Below, piece by piece: positions 10,989-23,460 of a DNA stretch of 64,000 nucleotides. The notes beneath the pieces were generated by a model. It worked only from the letters and a program-made list of their open reading frames with translations. It did not search any database and had not been told where the DNA came from. Location of the stretch: positions 124,001 to 188,000 of the forward strand of contig OZ025723.1 of the NCBI GenBank assembly GCA_964019335.1. Direction: 5' to 3'. The position numbers and the translations under genes are program-made. The stretch's first letter is position 1, and every line of letters starts with the position of its first letter. The DNA comes from Diplonema japonicum (taxonomy: Eukaryota; Protista; Euglenozoa: Diplonemea).

Positions 10989-12282
10989 AAAAAAAAAGAA
11001 ATGTGAAAGGGGGTGGGGGGGGGGGGGGGGGGGGGGGAGAGAAAGAGGGGGGGGGGGAAAACCAATTTTCTTTTTGTTTTTATGAGTGAATTGAAAAGGG
11101 GGTAGAATAATAAGACGGGTCGTGGGATGGAAGAGGAAACAGCAGGGAAGCCAAAAAAAAAGGGGGGGAGAAAGCAACGAAAGAGGGATAATGAAATGGA
11201 AGGGGAAGATGGCTGAAGTGGGGGAGGGGTGGAAGAAATAAGAAATATTGCAACCTACATCCTGCGATGCCACTCCATTTTTCTTTTTTTTTTTCCCTTT
11301 TTTTTTTTGGGTGTGGGGTAGATGGGGCTTATAATATTTACAACAAGAAAAAAAAAAAGAAATCTTAAGGTGTACACAGAGAGGAAATAAAAAATTTTAA
11401 AAGTGGAAATTAAAAAAAAAGAATTTGAACGGGAGTACCCCCACACACGCCCAGCTATTTAGATTTACTTCTGTTTCTCCCCCCCCCCCCCCCCCCCCCC
11501 TCCTCCCTTTCCCTATTCCCTTCAATCATTTCTTTTTCCTTTATTTCCTCCCTCCCTGTCCTTTATTTCTTCCTGTTTCATCCCCCCCTTTTTTTTATAG
11601 CTGGATGCTGTCAGATTGGCCTGCCTTTTCTCCCTCCCCCTTTTTTTTTCCAAAACAATAAGGTGTCTCTTCCCCCTCCCCCCATGTTTCTTTTTCTTTA
11701 GGTTTACCCCAGCCGCCCTTCCCCTTATTTTTTTTTCACAAACACACCCCCCCCCCCTTTCTTTTAAAACCACCCCTACCCCCCACCCCCTAAGGAGTGT
11801 GCAGGTTTGTTCATTCTATGGGGGAAAAAACCCTTTTTTACTCTTCCCTTGAACCCCCCCCCGTATTTTCTTTTCTTCAATTTTCTTTTTAAATAGCCCC
11901 CACCACCCTCTTCTTTTTATAGTGAAACAAGAATCGGTAGCCACAGACTATTCATGGGGCCGATAAAAGAGGGGAGAAAAAAAAAAAAAAAGGACCAAGT
12001 GGTTTTTTTTTATTTATTTATTTCTTCTTCTTTTTTTTTGATCGAACACGGCATGCACTACGGGAAAAAAAAGAGAGAAAAAAAAGGATAGGATTTTTTT
12101 TTCTTTTAAAGGGGCGGGTCCTCAAGTAGGATTTGCCTTGAAAACATTGCCTTTTTTTTAAAAAAAATATTTTTCTTCTTTTTATTTTTATTTTTTGCTT
12201 TATTTTATTTTTTTGTTACCACTTTTTTTTAACCCCCCTTTTTTTTTATTCACAACCCCCCCCCACCAACCACCACTACAAA

Positions 12283-12314
<32 letters not shown>

Positions 12315-12464
12315 TTTTTTTTTTTTTACTTTTTTTTTTCTTACTAAATATTTTTATTTTTATTTTTATTTATTTTTTTTTTTTATTCTCTCAACACGAA
12401 AAAAAAAAAAATCTTTTTTATACAAAGCCCGGGAGGGAGGCGGGGGAGGGGGGGGCCCGACCAC

Positions 12465-13607
12465 ATGGCACAAATATGGAAAGGCGCGAAATATCTGGGA
12501 GGAAAAATGATAGGAAAAAAACAAAAGGACAAATCCAACAGAGTCAGGGTGAACACAAACCGCGGACCGGAAGAAGAAGACGACGAAGAAATGGGTGAAT
12601 TCGGCGGCGGACAAGTAATGGGCAAAGGCGAAGACGGCTCCCTCGAAACGTATAAAGGCCACGAAGGCCCAGTCTACGGAATATGCTTCGCCCCCGGCGC
12701 ACAACGCTTTGTATCAGGGGGAAAGGACAAAACAATCCGCCTGTGGAACGTAGAAACAGAAGAAGACCAAGAAATGGAAGCCACCACCCCAGTAGTCCGT
12801 ACTATATCCCACCCAGGCGTAGTACTTGCAGTCGACTATTCACCCACCGGAAACGAAATCGTAAGCTCATCTGACGATTACAATATATATTTTTTCGATG
12901 CGAAAACTGCCAAACAAAGCGCTACCTTAAAAGGCCACACCAACAAAGTGTATGGAGTGGCATTCTCCCCGGTCGGGTCCACCTGTCCGGGAGAATACGT
13001 TGCCAGTTGTTCCCTCGATAAAACCGTCCGATTATGGTCCGTAGAAGCCCAAACCCCACAAGGAATCTTAAAAGGCCACACCGACAATGTATTCGGGCTG
13101 AACTTCTCGTCGGGCGGGAGACTCCTTGCAAGCGGAGGTGATGACAAAAACATAATCCTATGGGACTGGCGTAATGGAAGCCGAGCACATGTTCTTTCTG
13201 GACACCAAACAACAATATGGTCCGTCGCGTGGTCTACGGACGATAGAAGCATGGTTTCTTGCAGCATGGGTCATGAAATTAAACTTTGGGATCTTCGGAT
13301 GGAAAAAACACGGTGGTCGATCCTGGACGCTCACGACTCGATGCCTATACACCAAGCAATTTTTGGTCATAACGATACAATGGTGTTGTCCGGGGGTCGT
13401 GACAGGAAGCTTCGTGTGTGGGATGCACAGACGTCTGCCACCGTTGCGACAAATACTGGGCACACTGGGACTGTGTACCATCTTGCGTTGCACCCTTCAG
13501 GGACACGATTGTTGTCATCTTCTGTTGACTCTACGATGAAGTTGTGGGCTTTCCCCCCGGAACCGCCCATTTCACTCGAACCAAGCCCGTCTGCTGTGGA
13601 AATGTGA
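12465..13607 (+). CDS. WD40-repeat protein
   Basis: About seven GH...WD/WN repeats, e.g. GHEGPVYG..DKTIRLWN and GHTDNVFG..DKNIILWD. Confidence 0.93.
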   Translation: MAQIWKGAKYLGGKMIGKKQKDKSNRVRVNTNRGPEEEDDEEMGEFGGGQVMGKGEDGSLETYKGHEGPVYGICFAPGAQRFVSGGKDKTIRLWNVETEEDQEMEATTPVVRTISHPGVVLAVDYSPTGNEIVSSSDDYNIYFFDAKTAKQSATLKGHTNKVYGVAFSPVGSTCPGEYVASCSLDKTVRLWSVEAQTPQGILKGHTDNVFGLNFSSGGRLLASGGDDKNIILWDWRNGSRAHVLSGHQTTIWSVAWSTDDRSMVSCSMGHEIKLWDLRMEKTRWSILDAHDSMPIHQAIFGHNDTMVLSGGRDRKLRVWDAQTSATVATNTGHTGTVYHLALHPSGTRLLSSSVDSTMKLWAFPPEPPISLEPSPSAVEM

Positions 13608-13608
13608 A

Positions 13609-13654
<46 letters not shown>

Positions 13655-13658
<4 letters not shown>

Positions 13659-14150
13659 GCTAGGGCAGCTCAAGTGGTACCGGGGCCCGAGGAGAACAAC
13701 GGTCACGACAATAGAGCTTGCGCTGGACTTCGAGAACAGCACAATGAAGTCGCTGGTGGGTGAACGTGGAGACCTGACACTAATAGGTAAAAAAGGCGAG
13801 ACGGCTGCATGGCCTGCTGGTGAGGCTGCAGGAAGGCTGGCAGGACGCGCGGATAAGGAGGAAGGTCAGGGGACACAGAGCCATACCGGCGGAGCAACGG
13901 CGGAACCACGGCCTGAGGACCATAGGGGGGAGAAAGGTCTTGGGCTGGGACAGAAGACCGCTGCACGTCTCGGAACAGACGAAGAAGGACCTCCAGAAAC
14001 TGAGACAGCAGTGGCAGAAGGAGCGGGTGAGCGCCATGAGGGAGCGGGCTCAGCCCGAAAAGGAAAGACCGAAGCCGCTGAAGGGAGATAGGGGCAGGTA
14101 GAAGAACAAGACAGGACGTCCCAGATCAGGGATTTCCTTTTACCTCTTTA
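13655..14150 (+). mobile_element. Possible 5'-truncated, frameshifted non-LTR retroelement fragment
   Basis: GC/purine-rich island in homopolymer DNA with no start codon. Reads LGQLKWY..TTIELALDFENST..LTLIGK, then shifts frame to ARRLHGLLVRLQ..GR*. Resemblance to LINE ORF C-termini is from memory only. Confidence 0.35.
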
Positions 14151-14816
14151 ATTTTTTTTTTTTTTAATTTCCCCGGAGAGAAAAAAATTTAAAAAAAAAA
14201 AAAATAGAATTTTAAAAGTGTGGGGGTGGGGTTACGCTGATGGAAGGCAGTTTAAGAGAGATACACAGGAAGGGTGGGAGAAGGGGGAGGGGGGGGGGGG
14301 GGGGGGGGGGGGGCTAATACCATCTTTAATTTTTTTTTCCCCCCCATTCATCCTTTTTTTTCTTCTTGCTTTCTTTTATTGTGGGAGAAAAAAAAATAGA
14401 AAGAAATGGCTGGCAAAAAAGAAAAGATATAGTAAACAAAAAGAAAAAGAAAAAAACTCCCTTTTTTTTAAACCCCCCCCCCCGGAAAGAAGGAAGGGAA
14501 ACAAAAAAAAGATAAAGATAAAAACTTATTTTTCTGTCTAAACCTTGAACAATCTTTCTTTTCCAGGGGGGAAAAAAATATATTTTAAAAAAAAGGGCTT
14601 TTTTTTTTCTTTTTTTTTTTACGATAAACATAAAGCTTCTTTCTCTTGCTTATGCTCTTCCCCCCTTCTTTCCCCCCCCCCCCCCCCAACACTCTTCTGT
14701 CCCAGTTTCATATTCACTCTTTAAAAAAATTTTTTTAATTTTTTTTATTGTCGTTTTCTATTTTCTAGGAAGAAAATAATTTTTTTCAAAAGGATTAAAA
14801 AAAAAAAAAAAAAAAA

Positions 14817-15771
14817 ATGTCAGAATTGCAAATGGCGGCCGCAGTAGGGCTCTTGAGCTCCGTGGTGAGCGGCGGGGCTACTATGGCGTGCCTCAGGCGT
14901 CGGAGGGTGGTAAAGTCCGTGGAGGTGGTGGAGGAGGCAACAGGGGACTGGAAAATAGTGAGCTTCGAGGCAAAAGGACACGAAAAAAAAAATTTCCGGT
15001 TCAGAGAAAACCAGGACAGCGAAACCATGGCCGAGATGAGGAAGGCGTACGGCACGACGGACCAACAAATGATGGTCGCAAAGCGAGAAAACAAAGCTGT
15101 AAAAATCGCCCACAAATGGCTGAAGCACGGCGAGACTCTAACCCTCGAAATCGACTCACGCGACTGGGTTGAAATATCCAACGAGCTCCGTAAGGAAGGA
15201 AACACGTGCTTTTCCCTAGGAAACCAAACAGGACGGAAGGCAGAGCACATTGAAGCACTACGACTCTACCAAGAGGCCCACGTGATCATTCCTGTTGACG
15301 GTGGGGAACAAGCAGTATCGATGTTCTGCCTTGCCATGTCAAACTGTGCGCAAGTTTGCATCAAACTCAAAAGCTTCAAATTCGCCAAGGACATCTGCAC
15401 AGAGGTCCTCGCACTCGACCCGAACAGCATGAAAACCCTTTACAGAAGAGGGCTGGCCACAAGGAAAAACGCCCCCAAGTGCTTAGACGATTTGGTATTT
15501 TTTCTTTTCTCCCAAGAAAAAAAAAAAAAAAATTACCAGAGAGCTGCCCTAATCGACCTCGAGCAAGCGGTTTCCATTGCAGTCTCGACACAGAACACTC
15601 TCGTCACCGAGATTAGAAGAGAGTGTGAGGAGGTGTGTTTTTTTTTTTGAGGGGGAGGGGAAAAAAAAAATTGAACAAAAGGTAAGACAAGCCATCACAA
15701 CGTTGACACCGGCCGAAAAGGTCCCCGAGCATCCCATCGAACTATCTGCTAGAAACACCGATTTGGACTGA
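14817..15771 (+). CDS. TPR-domain co-chaperone-like protein with N-terminal hydrophobic anchor, 286 aa
   Basis: join(14817..15494,15540..15632,15682..15771). TPR motifs LRKEGNTCF, SNCAQVCIKL, VLALDPNSMKTLYRRG. Confidence 0.8.
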
Positions 15772-15891
15772 GAACAGCGAAAGAGAACGCAAGAAAAAAA
15801 AAATTTTTTTTTGTTCATCAACCGGAGTGTGATTTTTACCCCCCCCCCCCTCTATTACCAACAATGACAAAAAAAAAAGTGGGAAGGGTGA

Positions 15892-16995
15892 ATGTCTGAA
15901 GATGATGTGTTCTTCAGCCGCCTGGCACAGTACGGCGTGGACCCGCTTCGGGTTCGGACGTATTACATGAGAAACACAGGGTCGATCGGTTTGAAGTTTA
16001 GAGGATGCTACGCAAAGGGCAGTGAGAGAGAATTCATCTTGATCTCGGGAGTCAGTGAAGGTTCAGAATGCGAGAGGGCCGGCGTTCAAGAAGGCATTTT
16101 AAAGAGCATCGCTGGGGTCCGTCCACGAACATGCGGCGAGGCCATGGGAGCTATTTCCAAATGCAAGCAAGACACAATCGTTCTGGAAGCCATACTATTT
16201 GAAACTATTCCTGTCGAGCACCGTCTCGTCCTCCCCGTGGATTCCCAAGATTCTCTCGGCGCTGATTTCAAAGCTGTGTCGCAAGGCGTTATGGTACACG
16301 ATGTTGAGAAAGGCAGCCTAGCCGATAAAGCCGGCTTGACAAACTCAAAAAATAAGTTCATACTTAAAGTGAACAACAGAACAATCAATTGCAGATCAGA
16401 CCTGGAAACCGAGGTGTTAACCTCGAAAAAATCAGGCAGGGGCAGCATCACCATGTTAATAGAAGGCAATCCCAATATCCCGCGGTTCTTCAGGAAACCA
16501 TCTACATCCGATCCTTCCATCCGTCAGTTCCCTATGACGTCTGTCAGAGACGCGGAAGGATATATATGGCTTGATGTTGAAGGTGAGGAGAGTGCTTTAA
16601 CTTTGCAACCGCATCATTTAGCAACAAGGGACGGTGTTCCTATTCAGAGGCTGCCTTATGAGGGTGATGTTGTAATGATCACGGGGTTGCCCACGCAGTC
16701 TGAGATGTACTTTAATGGCTTGCTTGGGACTGTGATCGCACCTGGTGACGTGCACGAACCCATGGCGTTGTCGGAAAATTCTATTTGCTCTTCTTCTGTG
16801 CGGTCTGTGGCTGAGCAGCATCAGCAGCCTGTTCCTTTGAAGCAGGGTACCGTGCAGCCGCAGGTGATGGGCGATGTATCTGTGTTTCGATCGATGTTGA
16901 AGTCTCCCAACGCCAAACAACAAATCCGGCCTACAATGGGGACGACCGACTGGCAGACGTGGATCCGTGTCCAGCAGCAGCGCGGCCTGCGTTAG
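15892..16995 (+). CDS. PDZ-like domain protein (two PDZ-like repeats)
   Basis: Segments SIGLKF..ISGVSEGSECERAGV and SLGADF..VHDVEKGSLADKAGL..ILKVNN. Confidence 0.75.
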   Translation: MSEDDVFFSRLAQYGVDPLRVRTYYMRNTGSIGLKFRGCYAKGSEREFILISGVSEGSECERAGVQEGILKSIAGVRPRTCGEAMGAISKCKQDTIVLEAILFETIPVEHRLVLPVDSQDSLGADFKAVSQGVMVHDVEKGSLADKAGLTNSKNKFILKVNNRTINCRSDLETEVLTSKKSGRGSITMLIEGNPNIPRFFRKPSTSDPSIRQFPMTSVRDAEGYIWLDVEGEESALTLQPHHLATRDGVPIQRLPYEGDVVMITGLPTQSEMYFNGLLGTVIAPGDVHEPMALSENSICSSSVRSVAEQHQQPVPLKQGTVQPQVMGDVSVFRSMLKSPNAKQQIRPTMGTTDWQTWIRVQQQRGLR

Positions 16996-17094
16996 AAAAA
17001 AAAAAAACTTTTTTTTTTTAAATCCATCAGAAAGGGGTAGATAAGTAGAGACAAAAGGAGGGGAAAAGAAAACAGGAGCCTCTTTAATCTCATC

Positions 17095-17125
<31 letters not shown>

Positions 17126-17283
17126 TTCCCTCCTTCCCAGGGAGCTGCAAACCCTTTAATTACGGGATCTTACAGCAGGGAAAAAAAAAAAAAATGGTAA
17201 TAGAATACGCAGAAAGAAGGGAGGGGGAAAAAAAAAAAGGGAAAATACTTTTGAAAAATTTATCTTCATTCACTGCACCGCAA

Positions 17284-17476
17284 TTTTATTTCACTCTCTG
17301 GAAGATTCCTATTTCTTCGACATACGTGCAGTAGTTGGGATGCTGGTCCAGTAAAACTGTAATATAGCACCGGGTTTCGATACTAGCCTGGTAATGCTTT
17401 TCAGATTTGGCTGTTAGGATTGAAGAGAGTAAAATAAAACCACCCGTCCGACTGAATCTCCTGTCACTTGCGCTTG

Positions 17477-17510
<34 letters not shown>

Positions 17511-17530
17511 GGGAAATTCACTCAAGTGAC
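17284..17530 (-). mobile_element. Decayed, inverted copy of the hairpin/offset-IR element family
   Basis: IR pair ttttatttcactctct (17284) / agagagtaaaataaaa (17424-17439, one mismatch), followed by stem tgtcacttg..caagtgaca (17462-17530). Confidence 0.55.
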
Positions 17531-18152
17531 ATAAAATTTATTATTTCGTTGTGAAAAGAAGAAGAAAAAAGAGGGGAAAAAAAAAAAAAAAAGAATTGTT
17601 CGATTTTTAACCACATCGTAACCTCTATCAATGGGGATTCTCTCTCTCTTTTTTTATTTCTTTCTTTCTTCTTTAATGTAAAAGGTGTGCCCAGGCTCCC
17701 CAAGAGGCACCTAAAGGATGTACCAATGTGCACCCGCAAGGTTTGAAGCTGGCATCTTTCCAGTGCCAGTTTTCAAAAAAAAAGGGGGGGGGAGGGACAC
17801 CTTCCCATCTATAATAACCTTAGTTTTGGTTACGTAAAAACTCCCCTCCTCTCTCTTGCTTTTTTTATTTTATTGTCAGAAGCACTTATAAAGAGGAAGA
17901 AAAAAGAAGAAAAAAGGGGGGATGTTTTCTCTCCCCTTCGCTTTACATCCTCGTATCTTCTACACACACCCCTCACCCCCCAGGGCTATGCTGTCAACTA
18001 ACGAGTACGCAGCAAAATCTGGAAAAGGGGGGTCTTTTTGATGCCCCCTTTGTCATGTAATTATTAGAATTTCATTCTTCATCCTGTTGTTTCCAAAAAA
18101 AAAAAAAAAAGAGGTTCCCATCGATGCACTAACACAAGACCTGGTTTGAAGG

Positions 18153-18198
<46 letters not shown>

Positions 18199-18213
18199 GC
18201 TTGACTATTCTAA

Positions 18214-18247
<34 letters not shown>

Positions 18248-18385
18248 AGAGGACACTGGCAACATGTTTTACGGGTTTATAAACTTCTCCAGGTTTCTTC
18301 AACCCCAGTTCCTCTTTGTTTTTTTTTTTTGTTGTTTTTTTTATAAAAAAAATTTTTTTTCTCGTGTGAGGCCATGGGGGGGAAC

Positions 18386-19071
18386 AATAGCTATTTACTG
18401 CCAACAAGTAATGACTTTATGTTACCTCGAGAGGTCGGTAAAGCATTACTTGGCGGTAGGTAAGTGGTTTTATTTCACGACACTCTGAAATTACTTCACC
18501 ACGAGGGGCACAACAGGGTGACAAGGGGTACAACAAGAGAGGGGTTACAAAGGTTACAATACAAGTTGTTTTTCCTCCTTTTGTTGACTAAGAGCTGCCG
18601 CTGTCGCTGGCATTGCCACTGTCACCATCTCTAATCAGGCCTTCCCATACCTGGCGCGGCCGCTGGCTCCTTTTTTTCTGCTGCTTCGGTATTTTGAAGT
18701 CATTTGGGGAGCTTGGGTAAGCTGACTAAGTTACCCTTACCCACAGAAGAGTTACCCACAGAAACTGGGAACAAGGCCTAGCCAAAAGTGGGCAAATTGG
18801 GAGGAAAAAGTAGTCCAACTTGGAACTGAGCCGAGGCAAAAGTTGGTCAATTGAGCTGAACCTGGGGGGAAATAGCAAACTGAGAGGAAAAAGTAGCCCC
18901 ACTGGGAACCGAACCGAGGCAAAAATTGGCCTACCGAGGCATATTATTTAACGGAAACCCCCTATTACTTCACGGAAAACAGGCCATTATTTCACCGTGA
19001 AAGTAATGAGATTTAGCGTGAAGTAATGGCCCCCCCAGTGCGTGAAGTAATTTCTGAAGAGTGAAATAAAA
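18386..19071 (+). mobile_element. Non-autonomous hairpin/offset-IR DNA element, subfamily A copy 1
   Basis: Near-identical to 59448..60210. About 70-nt left hairpin, internal IR ttttatttcac..gaaattacttcac matching the right end gtgaagtaatttc..gtgaaataaaa. No ORF. Confidence 0.9.
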
Positions 19072-19155
19072 TTTATAATTTCTCCCTCTTTTCGCTTCTT
19101 TTTTTTTTTTTTTTTTTCTCTTGCTTTGAAAAAAAAAAGAAAAAAACCAACGCAG

Positions 19156-19186
<31 letters not shown>

Positions 19187-19191
19187 CAAAA

Positions 19192-19351
19192 ATGTCGTTA
19201 GAAGTTGTCATTAGAACAGTCGATGGGAAAAAATTAGCGCTAAAGTGCGAGCCTGCTGAAGAAGTCAAGTCTGTGAAAGAAAAGTTGGTGCGGGAACATA
19301 ATTTTATGAGCGAAGGACTAAAATTGATTTATAAGGTACAGAAGAAGAAGA

Positions 19352-19391
<40 letters not shown>

Positions 19392-20248
19392 ACCACCAGG
19401 GAGCCGTGACAAAAGACGATGACACGCTTGAGACAATAAAATTCGACGAAAAAGCGACGTTTGTGTTGGTGGGAAAGCGAAAAAACTCGATCGTGGCGGA
19501 CACGGTTGCAAAGGTACCTTTTTTTTTTTTTTTAAATTTTTCTCCAACCCCCCCACCACAGCGGCGAAAAATCGAAAGCACCCCTCCACCCCCGACCACC
19601 TCCTCCACCTCCACAGCACAACCCATTGAAGCACCCGCCTTAACCAGAGAAAGCACCACCACCCCACCACCATCAGCTTCAGTATCAACTCCAGACGCTC
19701 CGGTACAGGAACGCTTCCCTACCAATGAACTGGAAAGAGTCTTACAACAAGCTATTCTAGGAAGAGGACAAGGGGGGAACAACATCTTGGTAAGAGATCT
19801 AAACGAAGCCGATCTTGCAGGGTTTGAAGAAGAAGGCGAAAGTTTCAGCGAGGGGGAAGACGGGGAGGTCTCCGGGCTAGAAGAAATCATACAGGGCCTT
19901 AACGAAATAAAGGAAAGGCTGGCACTGGATCCCACCCAGCTACCTGTTATCCTGGAAGAGTTGAAAGTAAGCCACCCGGAGCTGTACAACGAGGTGGAGG
20001 ACGACCCTGAGACCTTTCTTGCCTTTATCAACGGGGATGACTCTGCGATACCCATGCTTGATGTTGGTGAGCCTTCTGAAACCGGTGGTGTAGCTGCAGC
20101 CCCTGCAGCCACGGACCTCTCCTCACATGACCGTGAGGCGATCGACCGTCTTGCTGCCCTTGCGCAGGTTCCAGTTGAGGTTGCTGCACAGGCTTACATC
20201 GCCATGGGGAAGAGCGAAGAAGCCGCTGCTAATATGTTGTTTGATTGA
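19192..20248 (+). CDS. RAD23: RAD23-like ubiquitin receptor (UBL, XPC-binding/STI1-like, UBA), 314 aa
   Basis: join(19192..19335,19400..19513,19562..20248). UBL with KLIYK|GAV, DPTQLPVILEELKVSHPELYN..PETFLAFIN, and C-terminal DREAIDRL..AQAYIAMGKSEEAAANMLFD. Confidence 0.85.
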
Positions 20249-20417
20249 TTTTTTTTTTTTTTTTTTTTTTTTGTCACCGTTTGCTTGCTTTGCTTCTCTT
20301 CCCTTTTTTTTCTCTTTTTTATCCTTTTCTGCTAACCCTTTGATTGCCCTCCTTTTTTTTTTTTTTTTTCCCCCTTTTTGGGGGGAAGGGGGATGAGGAC
20401 GAGGAGGGGGCGCGAAC

Positions 20418-20458
<41 letters not shown>

Positions 20459-20949
20459 CCCAGAATTTATCAAAGGTTTTCTTTTTCTCTTGTAATAATG
20501 TGTTGATGGGGAGGGGTTTTTTTTCTTTTTGTGTTTTTTTTTAATACCTGCAAGGAAAAAGAGGAAAGAAAAAGTAGAAGGAAGAGACCCTGGCGGCCTG
20601 GGGGTGTTCTTTTCCTTTTGGTGAGGTTGTGGGTTGCAGTAGGTGCGGGTGGGCGTTTCCTATCTAACTTACCTCCCCCCCTTTTTTTCCCCTCTTTTTC
20701 TTTTCTATGTCCGCATGTCTTTTTTTTTTCCCCTTCCGGTGGTTCTTCTTTTTTTTATTTCTGTGTTAATGCCGTACCCCCCTGCCCCCCTTTTAAAAAA
20801 TACAGGAAAAAGCACAAAAAAAATGATGTAAGGAAAAAAAAAAAAAAAAAACCCCAATTCGCAAATACTTTAAAAAAAAATCAGACAAAAAAAAAAAACT
20901 ATCTTTTTTTTTCTCATTTTTCAAAATTTTTCACAACAGTGAGGACCTG

Positions 20950-23460
20950 ATGGAAGGGCTTGCATCTAACCAAAGCCCTCGGGACCATGATGGGGAAACG
21001 CATCTTGAGGTGTCGGGTATAAGACAGGCGGGAATACCCACCGCATTGTCCTCAAACAGCGGAGGAAGCGAAGACGGTGATGAAAAGAACCGATTCAAGG
21101 TGTTTGTTACCACGCTGTCGATGGGGCTGAGAACGTTTCAGGTACACGTTACGAGTGAAACGACAGTGTGGGAGTTGAAACAAGCCATTTCGAAACAAGG
21201 CGAGGGAAACCCTCCCCCCGACCGCCAACGCCTGATCTACAATAAGCAAGAACTCGAAGATCCTGACGAAACTCTATGCAACCTCGATCCCCCTGCCTGC
21301 GAAGGCTCAAAATTTTCAATGGCGGTCGAATTAAAAATCATCCCACCTGACGAAGAAGAATGGGAACTCACCATAGTCCACTACCATGGCTACACAGAGG
21401 TCGTCGTGTGCAAACCTGAAGATACTGTTCTAGACATCAGCAACACACTTCAAGAACGTGAAGGAGGTGAAAAATGGGGACCGGGACAAGGCCGTATATT
21501 TTTCGAAGAAACCGAGCTGTCTCTTGACGAACCCGACGCATTGTCCACCCTATCCAGGTTGAAGACGGTCGGGAGCTTGCAATTCTACCCAATGCCGAAC
21601 GTAAACCAAGATCTTGCTATGGCGACGGCCGACGTCGATCTCGATTTAGAAGACAACACCCGCCGGGTTCTAGACGTGTCGCCTTTATCATCACCGTCTT
21701 CGCAAAGATGGTTCGAAGTTCGGCTTTATGAAGGCGATGGAGGATTTCAATCCGTAACAGTCTGTATTTCCCAGACAAAAACGGTCGCCAAACTGAAACT
21801 TGCAATCGAAGCCGCGTTTCTTCGCGATCACGACCGACCGATCAACAAAGACAACATGCGACTCCTCTGCCAAGCACAGGTTCACGAAGATTCCGAACTC
21901 GTTTCTGCATATTCAGTCGGCGATCGAGGAACCCGCGATGCCCCCTCAATCATGCAACTTTGTTTAGGAAGACGTGAACAGGGAATTGGTACAATGGAAA
22001 TAGAAGCTGACGATCTTTCCGACATCGACGCAGCAGACTCCAGAAGGGTCCGTTCGTTCGCCGGGAACAATTTTATCCGGAAAAACTGTTTAAAGCTCAA
22101 CAGAACACCCCGGGTTCTCGTTGTTGTGTTTGTATTGACGTTGGGAATGATTCTGTTGGGGTCAGGGGTGGTTATTTTACTCACCCCGCAGCCGTCGAAC
22201 GGTACTTGTTCACCGTCACCTCCTTCATGGTCTTCACAATGTACAAATGAGAGTTCGTCGAACTTCAGGCCGATAGCGAAAATGATGCATTTTACGGAGG
22301 GCAGCGGAGCGTCGAAATGTGTGACGTGTTCGTATTTTAACGTGGAGGAGACAAACGTGTTGATCTCACTCGCGCAAGAAAAATGTTCCGCTCGTGATTC
22401 TGAGCTTCCTTACGTTTCGTATTACATTCCGTCGGGGCTGTGCGATTCGTTGCAAAACACAACATCCATCGAAAACTACCACATCGACGCCGTTTACAAA
22501 AACAACCAGTGGGTAACACACTCCCGAGGGGATCCCATAACCATCACCGACAAAATGACCTCCTCACCCTTTCCCACAATAATACCGGAAGATTCAACAC
22601 TGGTAATATCAAAAATCGGGTGTAAATTAAACTTGCGGAGCAGGGTTACAAAAACCGGTTATCTATGCATGAAGGATCAACGGGAAGAGGACTTCCTCAC
22701 CGGCGGTTGGTGCGAAACGGTACCAAATGGTAAGAAATCAATAGAGATGAACACCAAGGCCGACTTCTCAACACAAGAAAAGTGTGAAACGTACTGCAAG
22801 GACTGGTGTTACACAAAGGCTCTTTCGTCGCAGTCGGAACTATGCTGCTCTATGAAGTACGACGGTACCACACCGTGTTCCTGTAGCGCGGCGAACAACA
22901 CCGTTCTGGAGACATCGATTGTGGCAAAAGCTCGCGCTAAAATGATGAAACCCCCTTCATCCGACACCATTGTAAGATCTGGGGTTACGTTCTTCCTCAC
23001 CAAGGGGATCGAGATAAGAAGCACGCCTGATATTAGGCCCAGCCAAATGGGGCACACTGCCGAAAGTTGTTTAGACAGTTGTGTGGAAACAAAGGGATGC
23101 CGAACAGCGTTATTTCATGAAGGCAGCTGTGAATTATGGGGTGACGTACTTTCTCAGTATCCGTTGTCAGATGGGCACCGGACAGCATACACTGTTTTAA
23201 CACCTTATCAGGAGATATGTTCGCTAACGTTGCCTGTGGTGTGGTCAACATCGGAGGATTGTCAGCAGAAGTTGTGGGCCTCGCTGCACAAGCCGCAGGA
23301 TTGTTATTATGAAACGTCTTCTACTTGTTTTTCAGGCCACCAGCTTACATTTCCCACTGCTTTTGCGTTGGCCTTGACCTTTACGGGATCGGCGCTTTTG
23401 TTGTGCTTCTTTATATGTTGCTCTTGGGAGCGGCTTACTCAACTTAATGATGAAAGGTGA
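20950..23460 (+). CDS. 3xUBL-TM-Cys-rich/PAN-like ectodomain-TM protein, paralogue 1
   Basis: 836-aa ORF. UBL motif PPPDRQRLIYNKQELED, TM VLVVVFVLTLGMILLGSGVVILL, PAN-like TAESCLDSCVETKGCRTALFHEGSCELW, C-terminal TM. Confidence 0.85.
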   Translation: MEGLASNQSPRDHDGETHLEVSGIRQAGIPTALSSNSGGSEDGDEKNRFKVFVTTLSMGLRTFQVHVTSETTVWELKQAISKQGEGNPPPDRQRLIYNKQELEDPDETLCNLDPPACEGSKFSMAVELKIIPPDEEEWELTIVHYHGYTEVVVCKPEDTVLDISNTLQEREGGEKWGPGQGRIFFEETELSLDEPDALSTLSRLKTVGSLQFYPMPNVNQDLAMATADVDLDLEDNTRRVLDVSPLSSPSSQRWFEVRLYEGDGGFQSVTVCISQTKTVAKLKLAIEAAFLRDHDRPINKDNMRLLCQAQVHEDSELVSAYSVGDRGTRDAPSIMQLCLGRREQGIGTMEIEADDLSDIDAADSRRVRSFAGNNFIRKNCLKLNRTPRVLVVVFVLTLGMILLGSGVVILLTPQPSNGTCSPSPPSWSSQCTNESSSNFRPIAKMMHFTEGSGASKCVTCSYFNVEETNVLISLAQEKCSARDSELPYVSYYIPSGLCDSLQNTTSIENYHIDAVYKNNQWVTHSRGDPITITDKMTSSPFPTIIPEDSTLVISKIGCKLNLRSRVTKTGYLCMKDQREEDFLTGGWCETVPNGKKSIEMNTKADFSTQEKCETYCKDWCYTKALSSQSELCCSMKYDGTTPCSCSAANNTVLETSIVAKARAKMMKPPSSDTIVRSGVTFFLTKGIEIRSTPDIRPSQMGHTAESCLDSCVETKGCRTALFHEGSCELWGDVLSQYPLSDGHRTAYTVLTPYQEICSLTLPVVWSTSEDCQQKLWASLHKPQDCYYETSSTCFSGHQLTFPTAFALALTFTGSALLLCFFICCSWERLTQLNDER

